A stretch of DNA of 64,000 bases from Rhina ancylostomus (Eukaryota): NCBI GenBank assembly GCA_030265395.1, contig JARFYF010000052.1, positions 60,676,429 to 60,740,428 on the forward strand, written 5' to 3'. How positions within the stretch are numbered: position 1 is the stretch's first letter; each line of letters begins with the position of its first letter. The position numbers and the translations under genes are program-made. Shown in pieces: positions 25,258 through 40,929 of this stretch. The notes below the pieces were generated by a model. That model saw nothing but the letters and a program-made list of their open reading frames with translations, ran no database searches and was not told the origin of the DNA.

Positions 25258-25951
25258 GTCAGTGACTCTTGTATATGTCATAAATCAGTGTAAGAGTCTT
25301 TTTTGATTCTTTTGTCACTTGATTTTCAAGGTCAATTCTTAATGAGAGGTAGAGTTAAAACATAGGCTCAGTTTGGTTTAATTAGATAGCTACATTAAAG
25401 GAGGTATGCCGAGTCACTGATACCATCATAGCCAATCAAGGTTAAAATTTGATCACAGTTACTTTTGAGGAAAATGAAACATTCATAATCTGTATTTCCA
25501 ATTTTAGTATTGTTGCAATTTTCTGTTATTCTTGTTACAATAATTCCAGATATTGAGATTAGGGAAGAAATGAAGCATTGAATAGCAAGCACAATTGATT
25601 ATTTTTCTAACTGAAGCCAGGTCAGTTTGGAGGTGAACTTGCCACGAGCTCAGTCTGAAATGAACAAATCTACCCAATTAGAAAATAATGAATAGAACTG
25701 AAAAACTGACTAAAATTATCAAAAGATTATAAAAATGTTTTGTGTTTTTGTGTTGGTGTTAATCATAGTTTTCATACACCTACATCCAAAAATGTTGTTA
25801 TGAATTAATAACATTTAATGTTGTTATGGCTTAATGGGCTTGTATTCTTTTTTCTAATGCATTGTTAGCAATTGTTATTTTAACTTGTTAAATTCTAATT
25901 TTACAGCCTTTTTATCTGGAAGTTTAATGTTTTTAGAAAATATTCTTCCAG

Positions 25952-26156
25952 CAGGGGGCAGTGAATTTGCACCAGATTACCAGCCATCGCCAATGACCGA
26001 CTCAGGACTCAGCTCAAGCTCTACCTCTTCTAGCATCAGCTTGGGAACTACTAGTGCTGCCATTCCCCAGCTCACTCCCACCATCTTAAATGAGGTGGAT
26101 ATTACTGCGGATCAAGATGAGAAGGTGAAAGCACTCATTGAATTTATAACCACAAG
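25952..26156 (+). CDS. FRYL: FRYL coding exon (AGGSEFAPDYQPSPMTDSGLSSSSTSSS...EFITTR)
   Basis: ttcttccag|cag (tandem acceptor; alternative start 25955) and AAG|gtaaga; 205 nt, phase 1 to 2. Confidence 0.92.
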
Positions 26157-26649
26157 GTAAGATGCTTTGAAAATTAATGTGTACAAAACTGACATATACG
26201 AGGCTTGAAAATAGATCTCAATTAACCAGATACTGCATTTATGACAATTCCTGACCTTTTAAAAAAAAAATGCAGGGCGGTAATTTGAAATTTTGTATGA
26301 AGGTGAGCAAACCAGGTTTGAAGTTGGTGCCTGGTGTAAAAAAATACAAGAAATCCAGTGGCAAGTGATCTATGCCTATAAATTTGTTCTAAATTTTCTA
26401 AACCTTCTAGGTGTCTGTAATGGCTGTGCCACAGTACACCAAGGATGATCTGTATTCCAGAGAGTGGTACATGTTGATTTCTTTTATTACACTACTTCAT
26501 AACTAGTGTATTGCAGGCATCCATAGTCAGTTGATTGAAGAACAAGAAGGGATAAACATCTCTTGGTCTTTTCTCTTAATTCATTTGGCTCCTCAATAGA
26601 CTTTATTTCCTTAATATAAGAATGGAGGAGAAAGAAAAGAACCGGAGCC

Positions 26650-28150
26650 TGGAAAAATAAATCAGCACCATTGAAGCATCACCCCATACATAGATAATTA
26701 TCTGCCCTGCAGAATGTATAGATAATGATCAATGCTGCAGTGTGGCCTCGGTGATTTCCAGTCTGATTCAAAATGGTGCAGTTCCTTGATAATTGGTAAT
26801 AACTCATTTGAGTTGATGAATGAGCAATGAGGACTGCTTTTCATGAGATGAGTGGCATCCATAACAGAGGAAGCACAATCACTCAATGTCCAAATCATTT
26901 GCAATCTGGCTGTATCTCTTAACACATGAACATGTAGAATGTTGGGCCTTGCCATTTTGGTTTAATTACTTGCAATTTGGTTGTTTCATGCTTGTTCATT
27001 CAACTGTTTGAGACCAATGATAAGCCCTGTCACTTACTGACATAGCTGCTAACGTGTTTATGTGTTCCTCAGCTGACATCAGAGTGCACTTTACAACCAT
27101 GTCTGTGCCACCACCAGGTAGGTGGTTGCAAGGACCTGCAAAGTTCTGTATGTGCTTTGGTAATCTGCGGATCATATAAAAGATTAGCATTATCTGCTGT
27201 GCCCAGCATAAATTTGCCAACCAGTCAGAAGATTTTAAGTTGGTGAATGTGATGTGATTGAACTGCACAAGGTTTCATTTCAAGATGGTGGCTCCAGGGG
27301 GAGGTTCTCACTGAAATTTTCACTAATCAAATGATATTGTGAACTCTGAAGTTCTGAAGAAAATTGTGCACTTCCTCAAGTTCTTTTGAAAGAAGTATTT
27401 CATAACAAAGATAAATTGAATGTAGAAATTTCAACAGCAAGATGGATGGAATCATTACAAGATTTGATTTAAATCTTTGTCCCATTTTGACGAAACTTGT
27501 AAATATTGGCAAATGAAAGTGACCTGATCTCTATATAACAAAAATGGTGTTTCCTTTGCAGCAAGCAAAAATATTTGTGTCAATAAATAAGCAAAATAAA
27601 ACAGTTTTTATCAGGGAGCTTGGTGATTTTTCTCTCCCTAGTGAGAGAGGAAGGAGCAAGAAAAAGAGACAGGAATTAATTCTCATGACATTTGTCCCTT
27701 GGAATTGGGTCTGCCCCAGCTCTTGCAATGTCTTTGCCCAGAATAGTATACTTTCTCAATCTGCAAGGACAAGAAAAAAGAATAATTTGCCTTGCTGCTT
27801 ACCAAGCATACGTGTTTAGCAATTGAAGGTGCAGCTTTCCATGATATTAGATACACAGTCACTGAATAAGGAGTTCCATAACATAGATTTGAATTTGGTG
27901 GTACTCCCATTCAGTGGGGAAGAAAGGAAACGTGCATGGAGTGACGTTTTTCTGCTCTTGTATGTATGGATGTGGCACTCTTGGCCTCTCACATCCTTCC
28001 ATGCCAACATCTGCTTGCACACAAATACTAGTATTTGAGGAGATATATATCCATTCAACTGCCTTTCTTGCCCCATCCAGGAGAATCTGCATGACATCAA
28101 TTAAAAACTATTAGACATTCAATGAGGTAGCATTGTTTGACTCTGTCACT
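26650..28150 (+). mobile_element. Highly decayed PIF/Harbinger-like transposase remnants
   Basis: tcactcaatgtccaaatcatttgc = SLNVQIIC at ~26879, preceded by an NR-G-like stretch (HARBI1-type NRKGxHSLNVQ motif); weaker second echo at 27820-27900. Confidence 0.4.
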
Positions 28151-28454
28151 CACCTATGCAGAAAGGGAATTTTGATGTATTATCAGCTCTGATGATCAAT
28201 TACACAGACCTTCTGAATTTATACCCTCTTTACCCTATACCATCAATACCAAGGAAAGAAATGCCCTCAGTTTTATTGGGTCCCACATGAATATTTTTGA
28301 GGTCTCTTTTGTTGCATTCAATTATATTAAAATCAAAAATGGCACTCTTTTTCTATAGAAGTAGTTATATGAGAAATTCTATCAAAGAATATATGGGTAA
28401 ATTGCCATTAGTTGACATAATATGCGATTTAATTTGACTTCTTTTACACAGTAG

Positions 28455-28691
<237 letters not shown>

Positions 28692-28702
28692 TGAACTTTT
28701 AA

Positions 28703-28951
<249 letters not shown>

Positions 28952-29872
28952 TAATGAGAGTGCACAAGTGTATACATGTAGTTTAAGGAAATATAAGGAA
29001 AACATCTTTGTGGATTAGCATTCACTGTGGTAGAAAGTTACCTGTATGTTGATTAGCCAAAGAATAATTGGGCTGCCTGCCTGCTTTGCAAGCTCAAGTA
29101 ATAAAACACTCTTACAAATAGCAAACTAGTTTTGCTGTTTACATGGTAGTTTACAGAAATAGATTTGATGTCCTCTGTACATCTGGTATTCTTTCTCTGA
29201 AGAATACCAGGTGCTCTGTGGTATATGTTGACTTTGCTGATTTTGGCCAAGGGGGTAAATAAGGTTGCCCATTTGGCTGGGAAGAATCAACTGTGCTTCT
29301 TGCTTCTGGCCAGCACTGGAAAATTCTTTTATGTAGACAACAACCATTCTCTTTATCCCCTTCAGTTCCCTTTTTCTCAACCATTCAGCCTCTTAACAGA
29401 AATGTGTGCAACTTGAAGTGAATACAGAAGATGCTGCATGTACTCAATAGGTCAAGCGTCACCTGTAACAAATTGCTTATTTTTCTTCAGAACTGAAGAA
29501 ATTAAAGATGGTGACAGGTGGGGAAAATAGGTAAAATGGAGTCTTTGCTAGAGCAGCAGACAAAAGAAATTAATTGACCTAACAAATGACAGTACAAAGC
29601 TTTAGGGGAAAGTAGCGGATGAAGTAAAGCAAAAACCACTGAAAATATGTGTAAATAGGAGTAGCAATGTTATTGCCAACAGCTGCCTATCTAAAATAAT
29701 GTAGATAGTGGTTATGATCTGAAATTTTTGAACTGAGTGTTCTATCTGGAGCGACTTTATTTGGACATTGAGACGGTGTAAAATTCTGTAGTCAGAGTGT
29801 AAGTGTTTGAAGTTTATACTCCTATGATTTGCATTCTATGAATTCAGATTTTCTGAATGTTTCTGTTAACAG

Positions 29873-29967
29873 GGTTTTGTTATAGAACTACTGCTCACTC
29901 TTGAGTCTGCCATTGACACATTAGCAGACACAATAAAGCATTATGACCTGCTTTCTGCACTTTCTCA
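29873..29967 (+). CDS. FRYL: FRYL coding exon (GFVIELLLTLESAIDTLADTIKHYDLLSALS)
   Basis: gttaacag| and TCA|gtaagt; 95 nt, phase 0 to 2. Confidence 0.95.
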
Positions 29968-30194
29968 GTAAGTACTCTTTCATTCCATATACCATCAGTC
30001 TTTAAAAAGTAAAAATTTATTCCAAGCTGCATTATTTTGTATTTAAATGCATTTAATTTTGAGGCTGAATATTTCTTGTTGCAAAGGTTGCTCTTTTGCA
30101 GGTATGTATGTGGATTTTCTTCATGCAAAGTCACATTGATCATACTTTAGCTACAAGTCTTACTGGTAGTATAGTTTGAAAATAATAACTGTGG

Positions 30195-30760
30195 AAATTG
30201 CAGGTCAGGAAGTGCCTGTGGAGAGAGAAATGGTTAGCATTTGGGGTTGACGAACCTTTATCAAAAAGTAAGAGATGAAACAAATATTACAATGCAGAGA
30301 AAGAGGGGAGCAGAGGTGCAGATAAAAGGGATGCTAATTATACAGTGAATCACAGGAGAAATTAGACGACAAAGGGGTGATGGTGCCAGGTGAAAGACAG
30401 TTGTAATAGGACAAATAAATGAAGGAATATTCAAACTGGAAAGGGTGTAAAGTAATTATCTTAAATTACAAGGGGAAGGGAAGGGATGCTGGAAATACAT
30501 GTTGGTATTGTTGAAGGCTGTAATGTGCTTAATTGGAAGATAAGATGCTGATCCTCTGGTTTGCACTGAATATTATTTGGATAGTGTAAGAGTTCATGGA
30601 CATAGAGTTCAGAGTGGGGGTTATACGGAGAATTCAACTGAAGGCAACTAGAAAGTCATCCTTGTGGTTGAACGGCGGTACTCTGCGATGTGATCACCCA
30701 CTTGTGTTTGACTGCATCGTATTGAGAGCCCATCAAGTACAAGCAAATTGCATCACAGGA
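30195..30760 (-). mobile_element. Decayed Penelope-like element
   Basis: Tail motif caggtcaggaagtgcctgtggagagagaaa; reverse strand of 30510-30720 resembles the Penelope C-terminal/GIY-YIG region. Confidence 0.55.
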
Positions 30761-31646
30761 AAAGTGTGCTTGGGAAGATGTCATTTTTAATCTCCATGCA
30801 CTAAACTGAACTTGTGATTACAATGCTGTTAGTGGAAATTTGTGGAGTGGGTAAAGAAGGGAGAGTTAATTGCTTGAAGGATACTCTGACTTGGCTCCAA
30901 CTAAGGGAGGAAAGGGGCAGCAACCTGCATTCGGGTCACTGAACCTCACCTGCTGTTGATTCTTTGCCNNNNNNNNNNAATAACTTGCATGAGTTCAAAG
31001 TTGATAAGGGTGTAGATCTAAGGTATAATACACTGTCAGCAATTTGCATATCTTCCATTTTGACAGCTCTGCGCACCTGCTTTCAGAATATATTCTAATA
31101 ATCATGACTAATTTTTCTGCATTAGTAAATACCGTTTCCATTTGTGTAGTGTCAGTTAATCTTAAGAAAGTGTCCAAACACTTAACAAGGAGAAAAGTAA
31201 AATTCAGGAAAGGAAAATTAAAAGAGAGTGATTTGGAAAGCAAAATCAAACTATTTGGAAGAAATTTTGAAAGTGGCCTTCAGTAATGCAAATAAAGGAA
31301 TGAGCAGGAATTCTGAATGGAGAATGTATATGTGGGCAATATACAATTTTGTAGAAAATTATTGGGTACTGAATTTGGACGATCAACCATGAGCCTATAG
31401 TTTGGCAGAGCAGGCTTGAACAGCTGACTGGCCTGCTATTCCTCTTTTGAATGTTTCTGCTATTAAAGTGAAGTGAGATTAGAAGAGGATTTAAAAAGAG
31501 GACCAAAGTCATAAAGGAAATTGCTTTAAGAGCAGAAAGAAAATAGTCTTCTTCTGCATTTGTTGTCTTCACGTGGTGATGTTCAAATCTGCATGCTCCT
31601 TAAACCTGCCAAATGATCTTTTGTGTTTGTTCTTGCCTTGTTACAG

Positions 31647-32254
31647 CACACATTTGACTGATTCGTTAATGGGCACCAAGTTGGCAGCTAACAGGAAAAG
31701 CACTGGACAACTAAACCTAAGCACAAGCCCACTCAACACCAGTGGTTTCCTAACTCATTATAGTTGTCATGCAAGAAGTAACTCTTTGCGAGCCAGTCTG
31801 CTGGGAGACAGGCGTTGTGACAGACGTCGAAGTAATACACTGGATATTTTGGATGGGAGGGTGAACTATGGTAATCTAGCAAGGACTCGAAGCCTATCCT
31901 CTCTTAGAGAGGGAGAAATGCCTGACCAGCATCCAACTACTGACCCAAGTAGCCTGATGGCCACCATTTTCTGGATAGCTGCAGCCCTACTAGAGTCAGA
32001 CTATGAGTATGAATACCTTTTGGCACTAAAATTGCTCAACAAATTACTCACACATTTGCCTCTGGATAAATCGGAGAGTCGGGAGAAGATTGAGAAAGTG
32101 CAGAGCAAACTGAAGTGGACCAACTTTCCTGGACTTCAACAGTTATTCCTTAAGGGCTTTACCTCAGCTTCCACTCAAGAGATGACAGTTCACCTTCTAA
32201 GCAAACTAATTTCCATCTCTAGACACACTCTGGTGGATCCAGCTCAGGTGGCAG
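31647..32254 (+). CDS. FRYL: FRYL large coding exon (THLTDSLMGTKLAANRKSTGQLNL...LVDPAQVA)
   Basis: ttgttacag| and CAG|gtatgt; 608 nt, within ORF 31573..32298; contains IFWIAAALLESDYEYEY. Confidence 0.96.
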
Positions 32255-34998
32255 GTATGTTTCTGGTTTTGGTCTTCGAGCTTTCTTTCAGGTTCTAAAT
32301 TTGCTTTATTTTACATATGCAAATTCTTACTAAATTTAAATTTGGGGATGGTGCACCTTACGCTTTGTTCAGGAAAACTGTTAAGAAATATTCTTCTTCA
32401 TGTCTTATGAAGCCCAAATTTACCTAGATTATAACAATAAGAATACAGTGAATAACTGATTGGGAAACACTTCCTCACAGCTGTTTCTAAAAACTAATAC
32501 CTCAGATATCGACTCTTCCTTAATTTAGTTCATATTTTTGTTCTTGTGTTTTCTGATTTGTTCATTCTAGATATTCATCACCATCTATAAACCGTCTACG
32601 TAGCTGCCCCTTCCAATCTTGTGTTCTCCTCCTTTAGTTTTAGTTGTATTTCATTTTGATTTTTTTTACCAATAAGATCTTGAATATGTAAGTATATTGC
32701 TCCTAGACATTTTCCTCTTTTCTGAATGAAATATGCTAGGCTCAGGTACCTTTTGGTTGGTAGAGCTTTGATTGCCACTTACTGTACTATTGCTTGGATA
32801 TTTTTCTGACATTTGATCAGAACCATACACATATTTGTGCTGACTGGTTACAACAAATGATTTATTGTCAATTTAAAAACTTTACTTACAGCTGCTGATA
32901 TTACCTGCATTACTGATTCCAGTGTAATTTGCATTGTATCCCCGGAATCCTTCAGTATCCTACAATGTTTCTACAATGTAAAGCAATGTATTTTGCTTTT
33001 CTAGCCTCATCATTTGTCCACATGAAAAGGCAGTTTCCACTTACCCCATCTTTCCAATTTATCCAATTGTAATAAGAATTCCTTTCCCTTGTAGCTTGAA
33101 TTCCACTAGCACAACCCAATCAACACCCTGCCTATCCCCAGACACTTTTATAGTCACACACATGTACTAATTTGGACCTTTTCTCATTTGGTGTCATTCA
33201 CAATGTTAGTCAGCTTTGTTTCTAATTTATAGTTGCAGTTCATTTTTTTGCATTTATATTAAGTGGCACCAGGAGTAATCCTAATGTTACCTGATATTGA
33301 AGCATTCTAGATTTAAGATGTGAGAATTAAGTACTATTTTCTCTTTGTTTTAATCTGCTGCCTGAATTTGCTGATGAGTTTGTTTTTGTAATCTACAATA
33401 TGGTATATACACTTTTTGATATAAACATTTTTGGTAATGTGAAGCTTTTCCAAATAAAAAACAGAATTAAAAACTGTGCCTCTGGCAATAAAAGAATATC
33501 CTGTTAGTACACTACATGTGTGTGGGTAATCTTCAGTGAAATATGCCTACACATGGATATTTCCTTTATGGTGAGCTAGGTGATGGCTTGAAACGATTAG
33601 TTTTCAAATCACAGACAAATCAGCTCAGATCTTTATTAATTCCTTTGTTCCAGATATCAGCATTTTGACTGAACTGTTCAATTTTCCTCTGTATCACTTA
33701 ATTACATTGGTTCCTCACCTATCACTCAGAATGCATTCCCAGGAGGAAGAGCAGTAATAGAATTGGCACCAAAATGGGTTGTTATAGCATTATGTATAGA
33801 GAGAGGTTTGTTACCACAGAGAAATCTTTGGGTTGGGGAGAGTTGTGCAATAAACAAAGAGAGGGCTAATGTTCTTAAGGATGTACTCTCATCCAGCCCC
33901 TCGACAGTCTGTAGTGCAGCACCATTCATGTGAACAGAGTGGCAACCTGGTTTGAAAAGTTAAGTACTTTGTTTTCATATGTTTTTTTATTTTGCATATT
34001 CATAACATTTTAAATTAACTTCAGTCACTCAAATGTGACTTTAATGGAATTTATTATTTAAGTAAATTTAATATTTGTTTTTTTAATTTTTGTAGTTATT
34101 TAAATATGTTTCAACCATTTTTAAATGGTTCTGAGTATCAGAGACATTTAAACACAGTTTAAATGACCTTTGATAGCAGGGGGCTGACATTTGGCCTTGA
34201 GGGCAATTGGAGGCAGGGCCTTGGGAACCACCACCTGCAGTCTATTCATTGCTTCCAGGCCACCACATTTTATGGAGTGATTATAGTAGTGAGGCTTGGA
34301 GCTTGATTCATGGCATGGCAAAATGTAAGTGAATTCAGAAGAGTAGTGTGGGCACTGTGTGTGTGTGGATCAAGCCAAACTGAGCACTATCCAGCACCCT
34401 TTTTTATTCATGTTATTGGTGACTTCCTCTTTTTCAAAAGGGAGATCCGTTCAATTGAGTTAGAAAGGCTGTTCCTAAAAGTAAATCAAATAGGATACTG
34501 AACTTTATTTAATGCAAGATGAAAAGTGAGATTGACTTTCTGTGAAACATTAAGTGGCTGGAAGAGTATTGCACTGGTATTCTGAACGCCTTTCTAAGTG
34601 AAAATGTCTTGGAGCCATTGAACAAAGTATCACTAGGATTATACGAGAAATAAGAGATTATGTAGAAATACTGAAGATGCTTAGAGGATCAGCCTCTGAG
34701 GGCTAGTGTTGGGCAGTCTGTGGTGGAAGGTTAATGGTAATTTCAGTAATTACACAAAAGTCTATTTGTACCACTTGTGCAGCAATCTCAGTTTATACAG
34801 AGGAATTTGCTATTTTTATCAATTTATCAGTTGAAAGAGAGCTAACATTGTGCTTTTCTGTCAGTTAATTCCAATCTGTCAGAAATGAATTTCAGGTGAG
34901 CAAGTTTGATTAGTTTACTTTTAATGTATTTAGAATCAAATTTATGGGCAGTTTGTTATTAACTAAAGAAAGTTCCTACTGTTATAATTTGAATATGA

Positions 34999-35133
<135 letters not shown>

Positions 35134-35399
35134 TGAACAATCACTTATGTATTGGAATAAATAATGTCAATTATTCTTCTGAAAAGTTTTATATTTAGTA
35201 AATAGTCAAATGTTAGGACTAATGCTATCGAATGCATTAGTACTGATTAGAGCCTGTTGTGGATGCTTTTTGTTTGAAAGAAAATTATTCAATAGTTCAA
35301 GTTGGACAATTTTAATGGAAAATCCGAATACATGCTGTAGAAGTCTTCAGGAATGAATTTTAACTCATGAGAAGTTTGGGTGGGGTTTAAAACAGAAAT

Positions 35400-36155
35400 T
35401 TAGTCTACACTGATGACTTGGAAGAGAGGACTGAATATACTGTAGCCAGATTTGATGATGATACGTAAATAGGGGTGTTAGCAATTTTTGAGGAGGATAC
35501 AAAGAATCTACAAAGGGTAATGAATAAATGAAGTGAGCGAACAGGAAGTTGGCAGATGGAGTATAATGTGGGAAACTGTGTGGTTATCCACTTTTTGGAA
35601 GGAAGAATGAAAAAGCAAATTATTACTTAAATGGAATGAGTCTACAGAAGGTTCTGAGGATCCTAGTATATGAAACCTAAAAAGTTAGCATGTTGGTGAA
35701 GCAAGTAATCGGGAAGGCTAATGGAATGTTGGCTTTTATTGCAAGAGGGAAATTTTGATGCAATTTTCCAGGGCAGTGGTGAGACCACACCTGGAGTACT
35801 GCATGCAGTTTTGGTCCCATATTTAAGGAGGCAATGCAGAGAAGCAGCACTGGGGTTGATGCCTGGGATGACAGTTTTGACATATAAAGACAGATTCATC
35901 GAGAACTTGGGGGCATAGTTTCAGAATAAGAATTTTCCCATTTCAGATAGAGATGAGGGTAATGAATCTTTGGAATTCTCTACCTGAGAGAACTGTGGAG
36001 ATGAAGTCATTCAATGTCTTAAAGGCAGATACAATTAAACTGCCAGTAGGAGGAGTGATTAAGAAAGTGATTACGAAACGAAGAATGGATCGGCCATGAT
36101 ACTGAAGGGTTGAAGTAGGCTCGTGGGTTTGACTGGCATACTCTTCCTGTTATGT
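35400..36155 (+). mobile_element. CR1 LINE 3' fragment
   Basis: tggcagatggagtataatgtgggaaactgtg (WQMEYNVGNC), gtgagaccacacctggagtactgcatgcagttttgg (VRPHLEYCMQFW). Confidence 0.88.
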
Positions 36156-36417
36156 AGGAAAAATATCAGTGCATTAGAAAACTGGCTCTGAAGTTTCGTA
36201 AATGGGATGGGTGAAGGCCCATTGAAAGAAAATGTCTCCTGTTGTGTGAGAATGACAACAAAACCCAAAAAGCTTTTATTTTAATAAAAGCAATGTTACA
36301 AGAGTGTTTAAAAATATTTTTCACTGTCATCTGCTACTGCAAAATAAGTTAAGCTGAAGTAGTGGACATTATCACCATATTTAATTTTACAAGTTTCTAA
36401 GCAAAAGATAAAGTTAG

Positions 36418-36639
<222 letters not shown>

Positions 36640-36781
36640 TGAAATTTTATTTGAAATGTTAGTTTGTAGCAAGTAATACAGAAAAAGTATTTAATTCTAT
36701 AGTCAGTTAAATTACATTTTGACTCATATTGGCCAGGACCACTTTATCCTTTCTGTGGTAGAACTGGTGATCTATCATGTA

Positions 36782-37355
36782 CTGGTGAGGGCCGCACCTG
36801 GAGTACTGCATGCAGTTCTGGTCTCCTTACCTGAGGAAAGATATACTGGCTTTGGAGGCAGTGCANNNNNNNNNNCAGGTTGATTTCAGAGATGAGGGGG
36901 TTAGCCTATGAGGAGAGACTAAGTGGCCTGGTACTATACATGCTGGAATTCAGAAGAATGAGAGGGGATCTTACAGAAATGTATGAAATTATGAAATGGA
37001 TAGTTAAGATAAAGGCAGGAAGGTTGTTTCCACTGGTAGGTGAGACTGGAACTAGGGGACAATGCCTCAAGATTCGGAGGAATAGATTTAGGACGGAGAT
37101 GAGGAGAAACAGCTTTTCCCAGAGAGTAGTGAATCTGTGGAATTCTCTGCCCAGGTAAGTAGTAGAGGCAACCTCATTAAATATATTTAAGACACAGTTA
37201 GATAGATTGTTGCATTGTAGGGGAATTAAGGACTATGGGAAAAAGACAGTAGGTGGATCTGAGTCCACGGCCAGATCAGCCATGACCTTTGAAAGGCGGA
37301 GCGGGTTCAACAAGCCAGGTGGCCTGCTCCTGCTCCTATTTCTTATGTTCCTATG
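36782..37355 (+). mobile_element. CR1 LINE 3' fragment
   Basis: ORF 36880..37158 MRGLAYEERL...RRMRGDL...SQRVVNLWNSLP, then 3' UTR ending tcttatgttcctatg. Confidence 0.92.
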
Positions 37356-38020
37356 TAGTGTTCTTTTCCATTTAATTGGTTCCCAGAGTTTTGACGTCTG
37401 CCCCTTGTCCCTTGTCAATTATTTCTTCCATATATCATCCAGTAGTCTCCCATCTTTCTGCTGCTGATTTCAATCTGTAATGATCAAATTTCTTCGGATC
37501 ATAGCTTGTCGTTCTATGCAACTTTATCATAAAGGTTGAATACCAACATTGATATCTGCTTTAACGGAGAAATAAAAAACTGGTTTCTTTGCATTCTATA
37601 CATTCTGCTAGGCTTTCTACTTCCTTTATTTGTTGTCCTACCATATTGGACTTGTAAGTCAGTGGAGACTGTGATATATCAAATGTGTTTTGAGTGTCTT
37701 GCACTCCTTACTTTGGCATCGCCATTCTGTGACATGGTTACACCTGCAACTCTCACCCCTGCCACTAGATGGAAGACACAGTAAATCCCTGTATCTATGT
37801 CTGCAGCATTCTTGGGGAAATCTGATTACAAACAAAGCTTCTGGCACTGCAGCTGTTTTATAATCAAGTACATGAAAGCTGAACTTACTAAATCTTAATA
37901 CCATGTATGAAATTGTTCCTTGTGATACTTGCACTTGCATAGTTGTTAGCACTTAATTAACATGGAGTTTATGAAATGTTAGCATGATTAGTTTTAGTGC
38001 ACAAATGTACAGAGAACTGA

Positions 38021-38230
<210 letters not shown>

Positions 38231-40419
38231 TAATGTTTAATTATTTAATTATTGGTTATTATTATAATTATTGGTTTTTATAATAAATAAGTGAGAGTAT
38301 TAGTACATAACTACTGAAACATATAAAAATGGCTATTCTAATCTATTAATGGAATATCTTTTGCAATATCCAAATCTAGCTTTGTGATATAAATAAGATG
38401 CCTGCAGCCAAAAAGATAGAAAACTTTCAGTTTGTAACTTGCATTGTACCTCTGTCTGATACCTAGGGGATATAAATACAGAAAATGCTGGAAATACTCA
38501 GTAGATCAGGCCACATCTTGGGAAAGAAACGCAGATACCTAGGAGAGGTGTCTGCAACAATTGAGCATTTTGCTTAGTAGAATAAAAATCAGATTTCAGA
38601 AACTATATGCACTCATTTTCTCAGATAAATTAGTTACTGTTGAAATAGAAGGTTTTTGTGAGACTATTTAAATTATAGCTTTAAATTACATCTTTGCTTC
38701 ATTTTTGTTGTATGTCATGTTCAGTAAATAACAGTCTGAGAAGACAGCCATTTCTAGATTTATTTTTTTGCATACTGTTAAAATTATATTTAGAATGCAA
38801 CTGAAAATGTATAATTTCTTATTCAACGTATTGGGATATTTTAGTTCAGACAAGTTCGTACACAAGTTCGTTTGTCCTTTTGTTGAATCTTAGAGATCTC
38901 AAAGATTGCAACACTGGTTCTTGCATTTTGAGTAAACCAGCACCACGTGGATAAAATGTCTGAGACGTGAATCGAGACAACTGCCTTTATGTATAGTGGT
39001 TTTTCACGATGTTTATTTGTTGCCTCGGGATGACTTCAAGTCAGCATTTATGACAGTGGAGGGAACAGTATAAAACACAAACTTGTACGTCACAATATGT
39101 ACCTTAAAGGGGATTTTGCTTTTTTTGTTTTGATTTGCTTTCAAAGATTCGATTTTTTTTTTAATGCAGTGAGCTTGAGGCTGGCAGGAAGAAGAATGAA
39201 AGCATTTGTTTTTGTATAAAAGCGTATTGCTGCTTCTGCTTTTGTTAATCTTGGCACTGCAATATAAATAGTTAAAACTACATACCATGAAAACAAAATA
39301 CTGTTCAAAGAATCAGTAAATAATAAGATGAGAAGGCAGGTGTCTGAGATGATAATCTCAGCAAGGCACTTTAATTATTGTGCTGTTATCTGGAGGGGCC
39401 TGTCAGTACAGTGACCATTACTGTAAATGCTTGAATTTTTATGTCCACTCTATTAGTATTTGTCTTCCCTAGTCATAGTCATTTAACGCTGAAAGGATTT
39501 GACGAAATTTCAGCTGTCAATTGAGTGTGTGCATTTGCCCAAAGGAATAATAAATTACATGGGGTCATAGCCTTGGACAGAGTGCAAAGACAAAAATTCA
39601 GAATTTCCAATAGTAACACAAGGAAACTTCTATTACTTGAAAAGTGATAGAAATATGCTCAGAGCTGTTATTCAAATCAGACTTGGCATAAGCAGGAGAA
39701 ATTAGAACATCGAACATAGAAAAACTATGGCACAATTCAGGCCCTTTGGCCCACAAAGCTATGCCGAAATTGACATTTTTTTCTAGTTGAAGAAATAGAG
39801 CCATCTATGTTGTATTTGATTTTTTGGGGGAATATTCATTCAACCTAGAATGAAATATAAAAGCATAATTTAAAAATATATTCCATTTAAAAACTGAGGT
39901 AGAAACCAACCAATTTTAGCTATTGATCATGGAGTAGATCAGTTTTCTTTGGCTGATTTTTCTGTAACAGGAACGTTAATATTACTTTTAGATCCACTGG
40001 AGGTACCATTTGGAATGCAGGATGTGGTTCNNNNNNNNNNNNNNNNNNNNNNNNNNNNNNNNNNNNNNNNNNNNNNNNNNNNNNNNNNNNNNNNNNNNNN
40101 NNNNNNNNNAGGGACACTCACTAATAGTCCTAGTCCGTAACAGAAGTTTGAGAAAATCATGGGATCACTCCAACACTTGGAGATCAGAAAACAGAGGGAA
40201 ACGAATAGACTAAATGCTTTCTTTAAAGGAACAAAAAATGAAGAGTTACCCTCACAAAAAAAGTGTCAGATAAACCTTTTTGCAATCTGATGATTTAATA
40301 GTATCACGTTGCCATCTTGTGGTTCAGGTTCAGTGTATTTTACCTATTGGCAGCTGAGGCAGACCAACAAAGTTTTCTATGTCTATATGTACAGTCATTG
40401 TTTTATTTATTTTATTTAG

Positions 40420-40632
<213 letters not shown>

Positions 40633-40929
40633 TGAAAATTATGCTTATTGCTGATAAATTGAAACTGAACCCTCCAATCTGTGTTTATTGATCTGAAACC
40701 CTAGTTTTCCTGTATAATCTATTATGCTTTTTTTTCTGTTTTGTATTGTACAATATTACATCACACATTTATATCTGAATCAAATTTTTGCCTGTGTATC
40801 TCATTTAAAGGAGACGCTTACAAGGTTTTCTGTGAGAATGTAAATGATTGTTATTCTGTAGAGCAGTGAAAGTTCATCAGAATCATTCTGCTGACAAGCC
40901 AGTGCATTTTTTTTTTGCCAGACTTACTT

